64,000 nucleotides of DNA from Candidatus Dojkabacteria bacterium (GTDB lineage: Bacteria; Patescibacteriota; Dojkabacteria; GCA-002793355): NCBI GenBank assembly GCA_030583825.1, contig CP129477.1, positions 960,221 to 1,024,220 of the forward strand, read 5' to 3'. The position numbers were made by a program, and so were the translations under genes. Of the stretch, positions 46,624 through 56,969 are shown piece by piece (positions within the stretch are counted from its first letter, which is position 1; the number at the start of each line of letters is the position of its first letter). The notes below the pieces were generated by a model that was not told where the DNA came from, made no database searches, and saw nothing but the letters and a program-made list of their open reading frames with translations.

Positions 46624-47877
46624 TTACTCTGGCTTCTTTATTAAAACGACCAGTGCTTCAATATGACCTGTGAACGGAAACATATCGTAACCTTTTACAG
46701 AGACTATTTCATAATGGCTGGACAATATGTCCAGGTCTAATACTTGAGTCAATGGATTACACGACATATACAAAATAACCTGAGGCAGGCTTTCCAATGA
46801 TAAAAACTGCTGCAAAGCCTTCTCACCGATTCCCACTCTTGGCGGGTCAAAGACAATAACCGAACCTTTAGTAAACTCGATTTTCCCGAGCTCTTTTGTC
46901 ACATCACTGCAAATAACGGTGTAGTTATTTACCTTATTAATAATTGCATTTCGCTCGGCGAGAGCACAATTTTCCTGCGATATTTCAATGTTAATAATTT
47001 TGGAGGCAAATTGTGACAAACTAATTCCAATGGAACCAATTCCGCCATACAGATCGTACAAAATTATCTCACCTTCGGGCAAATACTTTTTCAAAGATTG
47101 TGCCATATCTTCCAATACGATTTCGTACATTTTTGCATTTGACTGAAAAAACGCATTCGGAGTTATCGCAAATGTATACGTTTTTTCATGGACAGATAAG
47201 TCATATTCTATATGAGTTCCTTTTAAGAATGTAAGGTCGTCGCTAAACGAAACATCTGACTTTGTAGGTTGTTGCGCAATTGCTATAACAGTAAACTTGT
47301 CGTAAATCCCCTCATCTTTCATAAACTGTAATAATGACTGAGGCAAGTGCTGGGGAATATTTTTCACAACAAGAGTAAGCATATATTGCATATTCCCTTC
47401 GTGTTCAGAAGAACGAACAACAAAGTATCGAATAATACCTGTATGATTCTGCAGGTCATAATACGGAAATTCCTGCCACTTGCGAAAAGCTGCCAGTACC
47501 TCGGACATGAATTCAGGTGCCAGACATGAATCCATCACATCATATACATTTGCAAACCCGCCTTTTCGTAGCCCAATTTTGCCATCGTATGCGACAAAAT
47601 CCATCTTGTTTCTATAACGCGTTCTTTTTGGCGAGATTTCAACTCCTATTTTCACATTGGGTAACACACCTTTTTCTTTAAGTGGACGATACACCTCAGT
47701 AAGCCAGAAAGTTTTTCCTTCCAGGTGATCTTCATAATGATATTCACCAAACAAGCATGAACCGCATCCCTCACACGGCAAAAGATCGGTGGTAGGGGGA
47801 ATTTGCATCAAATAATCAGAAAGAAAACTTTTTAAGTCATTTTTCTTTGATTTTCTTCTTTTTCTCGGCATTTGCAA
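46624..47877 (-). CDS. RNA m5U methyltransferase, RlmD/RumA (TrmA) family
   Basis: Cys cluster CEGCGSC, FFQSN, SAM motif FDPPRVG and catalytic SCNP. Confidence 0.8.
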   Translation of the reverse strand: MQMPRKRRKSKKNDLKSFLSDYLMQIPPTTDLLPCEGCGSCLFGEYHYEDHLEGKTFWLTEVYRPLKEKGVLPNVKIGVEISPKRTRYRNKMDFVAYDGKIGLRKGGFANVYDVMDSCLAPEFMSEVLAAFRKWQEFPYYDLQNHTGIIRYFVVRSSEHEGNMQYMLTLVVKNIPQHLPQSLLQFMKDEGIYDKFTVIAIAQQPTKSDVSFSDDLTFLKGTHIEYDLSVHEKTYTFAITPNAFFQSNAKMYEIVLEDMAQSLKKYLPEGEIILYDLYGGIGSIGISLSQFASKIINIEISQENCALAERNAIINKVNNYTVICSDVTKELGKIEFTKGSVIVFDPPRVGIGEKALQQFLSLESLPQVILYMSCNPLTQVLDLDILSSHYEIVSVKGYDMFPFTGHIEALVVLIKKPE

Positions 47878-48014
47878 TATTGAAAATTACTTAACATCCC
47901 GAGCTGTTACGCTAAGAGTTAAGTAACAATGTAATAATCATGATATTTTACTATGAAACTCTCTTTGCATAAATACAGGGCTGAGTTTGGGCACCCAATA
48001 CAAAAAGATAAACA

Positions 48015-49058
48015 ATGTTATGGTATACTTACGCCATGAACTCACACGCATATATTGTTCACACAGACGGAGGAGCACGGGGGAATCCAGGCCCAGCAGG
48101 AATAGGCTACACTATTCACTCACCAGACAAGGCTCTTCTCGCAGAGCACGGAGAAAAAATAGGGACAGCCACAAACAACGAAGCAGAATATAAAGCAATG
48201 ATACAAGCTCTTCGTGCATGCACTGAATTTTCTGAAATTAAAGAGCTAACCATCTATAGCGATAGCGAATTAATGGTTTCACAACTTACTGGAAAATATA
48301 AGGTCTCCTCTCCTACGATAAAAGAATTTTTCGGAATCGTGAAACAACTCGAATCGAAGTTTCACAAGGTGAGCTATATTCATGTGCGTCGCAATCTTAA
48401 CAAAAGGGCCGATGAACTGGTCAATGCAGCGCTTGATGGAAAAGCCATTTCAACACTTACAAAAACTTTACACACTGAAGAGAAAACAAATTCACTACCT
48501 GAATCGCTTCCTAAAAATGCAAATTTGATGTTTCACGGAAAACACATAGATGTCTATCAATGGCAACAGGAATTGTTCAATAAAGACTATACAATTTTTG
48601 AAAAATCAATTCATAAAGATTGTGTTTGTGTCATTACCACAACAAAGGAAGGGAAAATTTTACTCACTCACGAAGAACAACCATACCTTGGCGCCTATAT
48701 AAATATTCCTGGTGGCCGCTGCGAACAAAATGAATCCGCGGAAGAAACTGCTACTCGCGAATTACAAGAAGAAACAGGGTATACGAGCGATGATATAACG
48801 CTTTTTTACACATTTTCTCCAAAAGGAGATATTGAGTATACCTGCTCTATTTTTCTTGCGCGTAACGCTACCAAAAAAGCTGACCCAATTCTTGATCCTG
48901 GAGAGAAAATTACCGTTTTAGAGGTTTCTTTTGAAGAGTTTGTTGCAGCACTTCACACTGAAAACTTTAGAAACTTTCCTGTGCAATTGTGCATTTTTAA
49001 GCACTTAAGTGAAGAAGGTGGACAGAAAAAACTGAAATCTCTTTTAGGTCTTGCGTAA
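48015..49058 (+). CDS. RNase HI domain fused to a C-terminal Nudix hydrolase domain
   Basis: N-terminal RNase H DEDD residues (HTDGG, NNEAEY, YSDSELM, KRADELV). The C-terminus carries a perfect Nudix box, GGRCEQNESAEETATRELQEETGY. Confidence 0.75.
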   Translation: MLWYTYAMNSHAYIVHTDGGARGNPGPAGIGYTIHSPDKALLAEHGEKIGTATNNEAEYKAMIQALRACTEFSEIKELTIYSDSELMVSQLTGKYKVSSPTIKEFFGIVKQLESKFHKVSYIHVRRNLNKRADELVNAALDGKAISTLTKTLHTEEKTNSLPESLPKNANLMFHGKHIDVYQWQQELFNKDYTIFEKSIHKDCVCVITTTKEGKILLTHEEQPYLGAYINIPGGRCEQNESAEETATRELQEETGYTSDDITLFYTFSPKGDIEYTCSIFLARNATKKADPILDPGEKITVLEVSFEEFVAALHTENFRNFPVQLCIFKHLSEEGGQKKLKSLLGLA

Positions 49059-49102
49059 CACCTCTGTTGCCAATATTCATAATACTACTGGGCATTTGCA
49101 AC

Positions 49103-50092
49103 TTACCGAGTAAATCCAATCGAACGCAGAAAATAATACATTCTTTTTGCCATTTCCTGATAATGCGTCACAACAAGAAAATGCGGAGCATCTTTTATGG
49201 CTTCGTATTGGCTATTTTTTGTAAGAGAAGCGAATTCTTTGGTATCTTCAACCGGAACAATGACATCTTTATCTCCGGTCAAAAAAAGTGACGGTATCGT
49301 TACTTTTTTGAGCTCATGTCGAAAATCTCCATGAATTAAATCTTCTGCAGAAGAGAGTAATGCATTTCTATCGAGGTATTTCAGTTGCTTGTTTAATTCG
49401 ATATTTATAACATCAATTATCTCGCCGGTTTCCCGCAATTCTTTATTAGTTCGATATACAATTTCGCGAAGAACACTTCGTCCAAAGCTTGTGTTTATCG
49501 TTTTGTATGCGAAATCAAGGAGCGTTTCACGCTTTTTCATTTCTTCTAACACACGTTTTGTTGTTTCTGGGTTACGAATGTATGCAATATTCGTACCGTG
49601 CAATGCAGGCGCTGTAAGGATAAGAAACTCAGGCAAATACGACCTCCTTCCATTAAAAAGAATTGACAGTAGGCTCTGTTTTTTGCCGTATTTAGCCTGC
49701 AATGCAGTATATGAAGCCAATGAATACGCACCGCCGGCAGAAATTCCAAACAATCCGTATTTCTGTAGTTTTAGTTTTCCTACAATGCCAGCGACAAGCT
49801 GCCCGATAGTTTCGGTTGTCACATTTTCTTTAAGTGCGGGACTGAAACCTATAAAGCCAGGAATATCTATTCCTACAAATTGAACGTTAGGAATTTCAGA
49901 CATAAGCGGCCAAAGCGTGTATGCGGAAAAGGGCCAGCCGCTTATACCGATTATTGTTGGCTTCTCAGGGTCAATTTTGCCAAAGCTCCACAGTGAAAGC
50001 TTTGTCTTCTTAATCGTTATTGATTGATTTAACAAGCCTGAATATAAAGGGTTGACTGTCAATCTTGTTGAAGCAGTGTTTACTCGAGACAT
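49103..50092 (-). CDS. Alpha/beta-fold hydrolase
   Basis: GISAGG nucleophile elbow and alpha/beta hydrolase topology. C-terminal His in DAPHF. Confidence 0.6.
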   Translation of the reverse strand: MSRVNTASTRLTVNPLYSGLLNQSITIKKTKLSLWSFGKIDPEKPTIIGISGWPFSAYTLWPLMSEIPNVQFVGIDIPGFIGFSPALKENVTTETIGQLVAGIVGKLKLQKYGLFGISAGGAYSLASYTALQAKYGKKQSLLSILFNGRRSYLPEFLILTAPALHGTNIAYIRNPETTKRVLEEMKKRETLLDFAYKTINTSFGRSVLREIVYRTNKELRETGEIIDVINIELNKQLKYLDRNALLSSAEDLIHGDFRHELKKVTIPSLFLTGDKDVIVPVEDTKEFASLTKNSQYEAIKDAPHFLVVTHYQEMAKRMYYFLRSIGFTR

Positions 50093-50199
50093 ATTTCATT
50101 ATACACCCAATTTTCGGACATGTTTACTCTTCTATGACTTGACATTTATGCCCATAGATTGTATCGTTTGTAAGATAATTTCTCTAAGCATACTGCTCT

Positions 50200-50913
50200 A
50201 TGTTCAAAGCGCTGCTCCTCGACCTTGATGACACTTTAATAAAAAGTAGTCAGCTTTATGAAAAAGCACTTCACTTTGCGTCAGACTATATTGCAGATAA
50301 ATATGCAATGGACAAAGAAATGTTTTTCCAGGTCGCATTAGAGAAAGATACTCTCGTACGTCGTAATTTTCCTACAGTTCATACTCGCCACAGCCGAATT
50401 CTTGTCTTTCGCAATGCACTTGATGAAATGGAGATAAAATACGATCTCTCTTCCCTACCTGACGCAGAAGATATTTATTGGAACTACTTCAGGCAAAATA
50501 TTGAAGTATACGATGGCGTTCTTGAGACACTTGCGGTGCTGAAAAAACACAAAATCAAAACAGCGATTGTTTCAGACGGTGGGCTGTCTCTTCGTATTAG
50601 AAAAACACAACAGGCCGGTTTACTTCCATTTATTGACGAAATTTTCGCATCGGAAGAAGTTATTTTTGAGAAGCCGTTTTCAGCAATTTTTACTCTTACT
50701 CTTAATAGGCTTGGAGTCGAAGGAAACGAGGCTATTATGCTTGGAAATAACTATAAGAATGACATTCGTGGGGCACAGTTAGTGGGAATCCGTGCAGGAT
50801 TGTTCGACCCTAAAAAAGATGGAAATGTCGAAGGCCAGGATGGTACAATTGTGGCTGATTTTGTCATTCACGAATTTTCTGAAATCCTCAAGGAATTTGG
50901 AATTAAAAAGTAA
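50200..50913 (+). CDS. HAD-superfamily hydrolase (subfamily IA-like)
   Basis: Motif I LLDLDDTLI, motif II SDG and motif IV GNNYKNDIRGA. Confidence 0.8.
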   Translation: MFKALLLDLDDTLIKSSQLYEKALHFASDYIADKYAMDKEMFFQVALEKDTLVRRNFPTVHTRHSRILVFRNALDEMEIKYDLSSLPDAEDIYWNYFRQNIEVYDGVLETLAVLKKHKIKTAIVSDGGLSLRIRKTQQAGLLPFIDEIFASEEVIFEKPFSAIFTLTLNRLGVEGNEAIMLGNNYKNDIRGAQLVGIRAGLFDPKKDGNVEGQDGTIVADFVIHEFSEILKEFGIKK

Positions 50914-50926
50914 CTTCGTTCCACTG

Positions 50927-52393
50927 TTATAAGGCTTGTGACAATGTAATTTCCAATCCACCGTAACCATCTTCTACATTTTTTGCCTGATAATCAATTC
51001 TCTTTTGCTTCATGATCATTTTCACCATAAAGAGCCCGAGTCCTGTACCTTGAATATTCGGGTCGTCCGCTTGGCGAATTCCTGCTTCCCACATTGTTCG
51101 TGGATCTGCACATCCCGGGCCAAAATCTCGAATTCTAATTCTGGCGGCAAGTTTTCCTGTATATTCGGCTTTATAATCTTCTATTGTAATTCTGACCCCT
51201 TGTGGAGTATTCGCATATTTTCTTGCATTAATCAGTATTTCAGTAATTGAGCGTTGTAGCGATTCAGGATTAATACGCATTCCGTTTACAGAAAATCCCT
51301 CTATAATAATGGGGAACTCTCCTGCACCTGGAACCTGTGTATTTCTAAAGTCTTCTACTGCCCGTGATACGTTAGAGGTAAGATCAATAACTCGGTCGTC
51401 GCCCTCACCTTCTTCAAATAGCTTTTCAAAGTATTTTCTGCCCAGACGAAGCACGCCAATAGACTGTTGGATACTTGCACGCACAGGTCGTAAGTGTTTT
51501 TGCCATTCTTTTGGTTGCCTCAAAATAAAATATGAAGCATTTTGAATGATAGACGGAGCCTTTCTCAACTCGTGAACAAACAATCCATACGCATCTGCAT
51601 TTTCGACTAATTCATCAGTATCTCCACTGTTCCTAAAGTTTGCTTCAATAACACGCTGATATCTTGCTGCATGTGTCAAAAAGAGACGTGGATTCGGTTT
51701 GTGGTTGGGATCTGCCGTTTGCTCTAAAGGATCAAGCACTAAAATGGCTTCTGCAAGCTGTCTTCCGTAATCTTCTTTATTCACACCGTTAGGAAGTTGC
51801 CAGAGTACTTTCGCAATGTGAGATGCTTTTGCGCGAACATCTTCGAGAATCAATGTTACTTGAAATCTATCCATTGCATCAAGAGCTTCTAGCTCCGGCA
51901 GCGATAATTGAGCTTGCTTTGCTGCTTCTATCGCTTTATTAAACTCTATCATTGCAAACTGCAGTGTATTGCTTTTTAGGAATATTGCATCACCGAGCAC
52001 ATTATATTCCACACCATTTTGACCAAGCTGTGCAGAAGGTTGTCTAAATTCGTGCGATTCATTTGATGTGTGAATTCCTACAACTTTATTTAACCTTTCG
52101 GCGCGGCGAAATAGTGTTTCTTGTAATTCTGCAATCCCTTTGGGAGAAGATGAAGATTCAACAGAGCTTGCTCCCGCAATTGAGCTCGCAACTTCTTCAA
52201 TAAAAAGTAGGGTTTCACCGGGATCAAAGATATAATTCCGCTTTTCAAGCCACTCATCAATAGGCATTCCTTCTTCGGGAATATCTACTACTGGTGGTTC
52301 AACAAGTACTGCTTCTAATTGTTTCGGTCTTTTTGCTAAAGTAGCATCGTTACGCGGTAAATCATTGGCAACAGACGACATAAATTGGGACAA
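50927..52393 (-). CDS. Cytoplasmic sensor histidine kinase (no TM segments)
   Basis: H-box FVHELRKAP. HATPase_c N, G1 and G2 boxes (GTGLGLFMVKMI). The N-terminal 250 aa are an unassigned sensory domain. Confidence 0.7.
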   Translation of the reverse strand: MSQFMSSVANDLPRNDATLAKRPKQLEAVLVEPPVVDIPEEGMPIDEWLEKRNYIFDPGETLLFIEEVASSIAGASSVESSSSPKGIAELQETLFRRAERLNKVVGIHTSNESHEFRQPSAQLGQNGVEYNVLGDAIFLKSNTLQFAMIEFNKAIEAAKQAQLSLPELEALDAMDRFQVTLILEDVRAKASHIAKVLWQLPNGVNKEDYGRQLAEAILVLDPLEQTADPNHKPNPRLFLTHAARYQRVIEANFRNSGDTDELVENADAYGLFVHELRKAPSIIQNASYFILRQPKEWQKHLRPVRASIQQSIGVLRLGRKYFEKLFEEGEGDDRVIDLTSNVSRAVEDFRNTQVPGAGEFPIIIEGFSVNGMRINPESLQRSITEILINARKYANTPQGVRITIEDYKAEYTGKLAARIRIRDFGPGCADPRTMWEAGIRQADDPNIQGTGLGLFMVKMIMKQKRIDYQAKNVEDGYGGLEITLSQAL

Positions 52394-52747
52394 TTTAATT
52401 TATATAATGCCAATACATATTGTAGCCTACAAAATGCACACATAATGTTAGTTCCTCAATTTCCGGTATAAACATGATTATTTTCTTTCATGACTTTTCT
52501 TGAAGAAATTTGAGCGACAGTTTAACTCTTCATAAAACATATCTACTTTCTATTGAAACTTTTGGTACTTACATAGCATTCATTATCACTTTTAGAAAGT
52601 ATTACGGTTATCTATATAGTTAAAAATGTGAAAAGAAATAAATGAGAGATATATTCCCTTATACCATCGTGTGATACTTTCTTTGGAATATATACGCGAC
52701 AAATTCTGTCATAACTTTTCACTTCTTACAAACTTCTTACAGAATTA

Positions 52748-55402
52748 TTACTTAAATGATTTTGCTCGCATAAAAAACTTGAAAACTTCTCCCGCAACAA
52801 GAATTAACCCTGCAAGACAGAAATTAATTATAAATTGCACTGGAGTAATTGGGGCAAAGCTAAAAATAGCTGCCAAAGGAGGAATCGTGACAACAAGATA
52901 CGCTATAAGAAGCGAAAAGATAAATGCAAAAATAACTGCTTTGTTTGAGAAAATACCCAACTGAAATATTGAGTGGTGTAGTGAGCGCATGTTAAACATA
53001 TTCCATAATTGCATGAGACCTAGCACAAGAAAGACCTCTGTACGGGCAATTTCAATGCCGTACGGCAAAAGCGAAGTAAATACCCAGAATGAGATTACTG
53101 CCATAATCGCCGCAACTGAAATAATGAAAAGAAAGTTTTTAACAGTAAATATTCCTTCAGATGCGGGAATTGGGGGTTCATCAAGCACATCGTCATGCAC
53201 TTTTTCGGTTGCGAGTGCAACATCAGAAACGCCGTCAGTAACAAGGTTAAGCCACAGAATTTGAAGCGGCAGTAATGGTAGCGGCATTCCAGAAAATATT
53301 GCCAACAGGATCATAAAATCCTCTGATAAATTTGTTGTAATCAAGAAAAGGCTTGTATTACGCAAGTTGTGGAATACTGTTCTCCCTTCTGTAATCGCAG
53401 AAACAATTGTTGCAAAGTTATCATCAACAAGAATAACGTCTGCGGCTTCTCGGGCAACATCTGTACCGATCGTACCCATAGCAATACCAATATCGGCCTT
53501 TTTCAGCGCAGTTGCATCATTAATACCGTCTCCGGTCATTGCAATAACATTTCCCTGCTTTTGCAACTCTTCTGCAATTCTATGCTTTGTTGAGGGAGTT
53601 ACACGCGCAAATACCGAAACATTTTGTACAACACGAGAAAACTCAGCATCTGTAAGCGGCGCGAGGTCTGACTCGGTTAAAACAGCCATTTCTCGCGCAT
53701 TTTCTCGAAGCATACCAATTCTTATTGCAATCGCACGAGCAGTTTCTTTATGGTCACCCGTTGCCATAATAACTCTAATTCCTGCTTTTTTTGCTGCTTT
53801 AATCGCGTTTGCGACATCGGCTCGAATAGGATCGCTAATACAGAGAATGCCCAAAAGAATGTAGTCTTCCGTTCTTTCTCCATTACCTTTTGGTTTATAT
53901 GCAATTGCTTGTAACCTCATTGCCTGCTTTGCATATTCCTCAATACTGTTGTTATATTTCTGAAGCTGCTCTTCTGTTAGTTTGCAGCGTTTCAGCACCT
54001 GTTCAGCTCCGCCAACAATAACATCCCACTCTTTTTTGCTTTCTTTTTCTGCAACAAATACACCACGAATTTTGGTTTCCTGATCATAAGGAAATTCTTG
54101 TAAGACTTTTAAATATTGCATCGTTTTTGTACGTGACCAATCCAATTTTTCTGCAAGCACAAGGCGCGCTGCCTCTGTTGGATCTCCAACAATTGAATAT
54201 ACATTTGCTTTCTGTTCTAGGGTAGCATTGTTTGTAATTGCCAATAGTTTGCCTAAAAAGTCTAATTCCCGTTTTTCTTCCGATGATAAATTTTTACCCT
54301 TTTTAGTTATTTCACCTTTTGGCTCCCATTTTGAGCCTGAAATATTCAATTCTTGAAGATCTGGAAGAATTACTTTTTCGACAAACATAACGTTTTCTGT
54401 GAGAGTACCAGTTTTGTCAGTAATAATTGTATTAACACTTGAAAGTGACTCAATTGCAGGCAGATTTTTCATAACAGCTTTATTTCTGGCCATTCTCAGA
54501 GCAGCAAGAGATAACACAATGGTAAGGATCATCGGCAAACTTTCAGGAAGTCCGGAAACAAGCGTTGCAAGCATAAAGTATGCCGCTTCGCCAAAAGGCA
54601 TATCCTGCACAAAGAACACAATAACAAACGTAAGAAAAGTCGTAATAAGCGTAGAAATCACCATGACCTTGGTTAGTTCATTGACTCTTTTTTGAAAGAG
54701 CGGAACCTCCATTTTCATAAGACCAATTTGTTTGGAGATGTTTCCCATCTGGGTCTGCATGCCTGTCGCTGTTACCATAAATTGCCCTTCACCCGTAGCA
54801 ATATATGTATTCATAAACAACATATTTTTTTGATCACCCAATGATTTTTCTTGCTTTAGTGTCTTTGTGTGCTTCTCTACTGCCAATGATTCTCCTGTTA
54901 ATGACGATTCAACTACTGTAAGCTCAGACGCATCAAATAGTCTTCCATCTGCCGGGACAATATCGCCGCTTTCAATACGAACTATATCGCCAGGAACAAG
55001 CTGAGATGCATCAATTTTCTGCAACAAGCCGTTTCGTAAGACTTTTGCTTTGTGGGGAACTGCTTTGTGAAGGCTTCGTATAACATTTTGCGCTCTATAC
55101 TCATGGGTTGCACCAATAATTGCATTAATAATGACAATTACACCGATAACACTCATATCAAGAAAGTGGCCAGTGGCACCTGAAATGATTGCCGCAGCAA
55201 TCATGATAAGCATTAAGACGCTTTTGAATTGAAGCAGGAAAAATACAATAAACGGAGTTGCAGCTTCCTGCTCAATCTGATTTTGGCCATATGTGGCCAA
55301 CCGATGGTAGGCTTCTGATTCTCCTAAACCAACGTTTCTATCGGTTTTAAGCAAGAGTTCGACATCTTCAATTGTTTTTGTCGAGGGCAGTTCAATTTTC
55401 AT
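52748..55402 (-). CDS. P-type cation-transporting ATPase (P2-type, Ca2+/Mg2+-like)
   Basis: DKTGTLT phosphorylation motif, TGES actuator motif, MATGDHKETA, and the GDGINDATALKKADIGIAMG hinge. 884 aa with 10 TM helices. Confidence 0.9.
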   Translation of the reverse strand: MKIELPSTKTIEDVELLLKTDRNVGLGESEAYHRLATYGQNQIEQEAATPFIVFFLLQFKSVLMLIMIAAAIISGATGHFLDMSVIGVIVIINAIIGATHEYRAQNVIRSLHKAVPHKAKVLRNGLLQKIDASQLVPGDIVRIESGDIVPADGRLFDASELTVVESSLTGESLAVEKHTKTLKQEKSLGDQKNMLFMNTYIATGEGQFMVTATGMQTQMGNISKQIGLMKMEVPLFQKRVNELTKVMVISTLITTFLTFVIVFFVQDMPFGEAAYFMLATLVSGLPESLPMILTIVLSLAALRMARNKAVMKNLPAIESLSSVNTIITDKTGTLTENVMFVEKVILPDLQELNISGSKWEPKGEITKKGKNLSSEEKRELDFLGKLLAITNNATLEQKANVYSIVGDPTEAARLVLAEKLDWSRTKTMQYLKVLQEFPYDQETKIRGVFVAEKESKKEWDVIVGGAEQVLKRCKLTEEQLQKYNNSIEEYAKQAMRLQAIAYKPKGNGERTEDYILLGILCISDPIRADVANAIKAAKKAGIRVIMATGDHKETARAIAIRIGMLRENAREMAVLTESDLAPLTDAEFSRVVQNVSVFARVTPSTKHRIAEELQKQGNVIAMTGDGINDATALKKADIGIAMGTIGTDVAREAADVILVDDNFATIVSAITEGRTVFHNLRNTSLFLITTNLSEDFMILLAIFSGMPLPLLPLQILWLNLVTDGVSDVALATEKVHDDVLDEPPIPASEGIFTVKNFLFIISVAAIMAVISFWVFTSLLPYGIEIARTEVFLVLGLMQLWNMFNMRSLHHSIFQLGIFSNKAVIFAFIFSLLIAYLVVTIPPLAAIFSFAPITPVQFIINFCLAGLILVAGEVFKFFMRAKSFK

Positions 55403-55468
55403 TTTGACATTGTAACACGATACTATTCATTTACGCACTGCGCCAACATGGACAAATATTTGAGATTT

Positions 55469-56128
55469 CTATTCCTCGACTAGCTTTTCTACAAGCTCAT
55501 AAAATGACTCAACTAAAAGGGTTGGATTGGAATTTTCTTCCATGATAGCGCGATCGTAATACAATGTATGCTCTGGAGGAAAAAAGAGACATGAAGCAAC
55601 TTCAGCATTTTGAGCAAGCTGCATATCCTTAAGATTATCTCCAACAACCAATGTTGAATTTCGGTCGCCTTGTAACTGTTCAAGCGCGATATAGACACTT
55701 TCCGGATGAGGCTTCTGCTTCGACACCGATTCGGTGGTCACAATTGCACTAAAAAGTGAAGCAATATTTTCACGCTCAAGCACAATATTAATAGACTGAC
55801 GATACGATGTGCTCACAATGCCAAGTTTTACATCATTATTTATTAATTTTTGAAGGCATTCAACAACCCCAGGATACAATGCCACACTGTTTAGCTGCAT
55901 ATTTACAAGCTCTACAAGTCTCTCGTTATATTTGTCCAAATCTTTTTGCACAATACCTGCTTTCAATGGATTTTCCCATGCACCAAAAATTTCCTTTGCT
56001 ATATATGAGTCTGACAATCCTGTAATTTTGAATTCTCGGAATGCTTCTCGATACGCAGTAAGCCACACAGTAAGGGTTTGCGCGAGTGTTCCATCCCAAT
56101 CGAAAAGCACTGTTTTGTATGTAGGCAT
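55469..56128 (-). CDS. HAD-superfamily phosphatase (beta-phosphoglucomutase-like subfamily)
   Basis: Motif I FDWDGTLA, VSTS, K and GDNLKD. Confidence 0.8.
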   Translation of the reverse strand: MPTYKTVLFDWDGTLAQTLTVWLTAYREAFREFKITGLSDSYIAKEIFGAWENPLKAGIVQKDLDKYNERLVELVNMQLNSVALYPGVVECLQKLINNDVKLGIVSTSYRQSINIVLERENIASLFSAIVTTESVSKQKPHPESVYIALEQLQGDRNSTLVVGDNLKDMQLAQNAEVASCLFFPPEHTLYYDRAIMEENSNPTLLVESFYELVEKLVEE

Positions 56129-56165
56129 TTATTACTGTACCACACCAAAGACACTTCTCAAATAT

Positions 56166-56870
56166 TTAAAAGCCTTCTGCCTCTGCAATACTTTCAATAA
56201 GTGATAAAGGTTTTGCCTCAAGGCGATCGTCGAGTACTAGACCATCAAAGGGATCGATTTCTTTGTTTTTCTTCAATTCTTGAGCACTAATCCAAAAGTT
56301 TTCTTGATATGGAAGGTTTTCTACTAGCTCTCCCGTAGGATCAACAATAAAGCAGGTATAAAAAATAACGTCCTGCACAACTTCCTGCCGCTCTTTTTTG
56401 TAGCGAATTTTGTGATAGATTTCTTCTAAAATGATAGTGTCTGCGTCCAGGCCGGTTTCTTCTTTTAGCTCACGTTTTGCTGCTTCTGCAAATGATTCTC
56501 CAAATCGTATCTTTCCGGTAAGTCGTCCGACTTTGCCGAAATATGGGTGCTTTAATCTTTTACATAGCAAATGCTCTACTTCATTTGTTTCAGAATTCTT
56601 TCGAACTACGCGTAAAAGTACAGATGCTTTGGGCTGCTTCTCAACTTCTGTGAGTTCATCATTCATAAGGTTGGAATAGTCTTTACCTTTATCGGTTAAT
56701 TCATACTTATCATTATTTTTGGTAACAAGCTCCATTTCGATTAGCCGTTTTAAATGATAATTCATATGCTCACTTTCCAGATTCTCAATAAGAAGTTCAT
56801 TAAATCTTGCAGACTTTTGGAACGCTAATGTCTTTAAGATATTTTTTTGCAAGTCATGAAGTTGAATCAT
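56166..56870 (-). CDS. Winged-helix DNA-binding domain fused to a Nudix hydrolase
   Basis: N-terminal wHTH-like segment (NILKTLAFQKSARFNELL...MNYHLKRLIEMELV). The C-terminus carries the Nudix box GKIRFGESFAEAAKRELKEETGL. Confidence 0.65.
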   Translation of the reverse strand: MIQLHDLQKNILKTLAFQKSARFNELLIENLESEHMNYHLKRLIEMELVTKNNDKYELTDKGKDYSNLMNDELTEVEKQPKASVLLRVVRKNSETNEVEHLLCKRLKHPYFGKVGRLTGKIRFGESFAEAAKRELKEETGLDADTIILEEIYHKIRYKKERQEVVQDVIFYTCFIVDPTGELVENLPYQENFWISAQELKKNKEIDPFDGLVLDDRLEAKPLSLIESIAEAEGF

Positions 56871-56969
56871 TTTTTACAATATAAAATTATATGTTCAGAG
56901 TGTATAGCGCCATAAAAGGGGAATCAACTGAAAATAACTTTAGTAGGGAGAATACAGAGATAGGCAAAA

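Noticed and set aside
52671-52964. 97-aa plus-strand ORF at the 3' end of the P-type ATPase
   Set aside because: It overlaps the ATPase coding region on the opposite strand, lies in an AT-rich promoter-like gap, and has no RBS. It is likely spurious.
53367-53864. 165-aa antisense ORF, plus several other 60-110-aa ORFs inside the P-type ATPase, typA, mutL, the NOX-like gene and others
   Set aside because: They are embedded antisense or out-of-frame within long, confidently assigned CDSs. Their low-complexity translations reflect the codon bias of the real gene.
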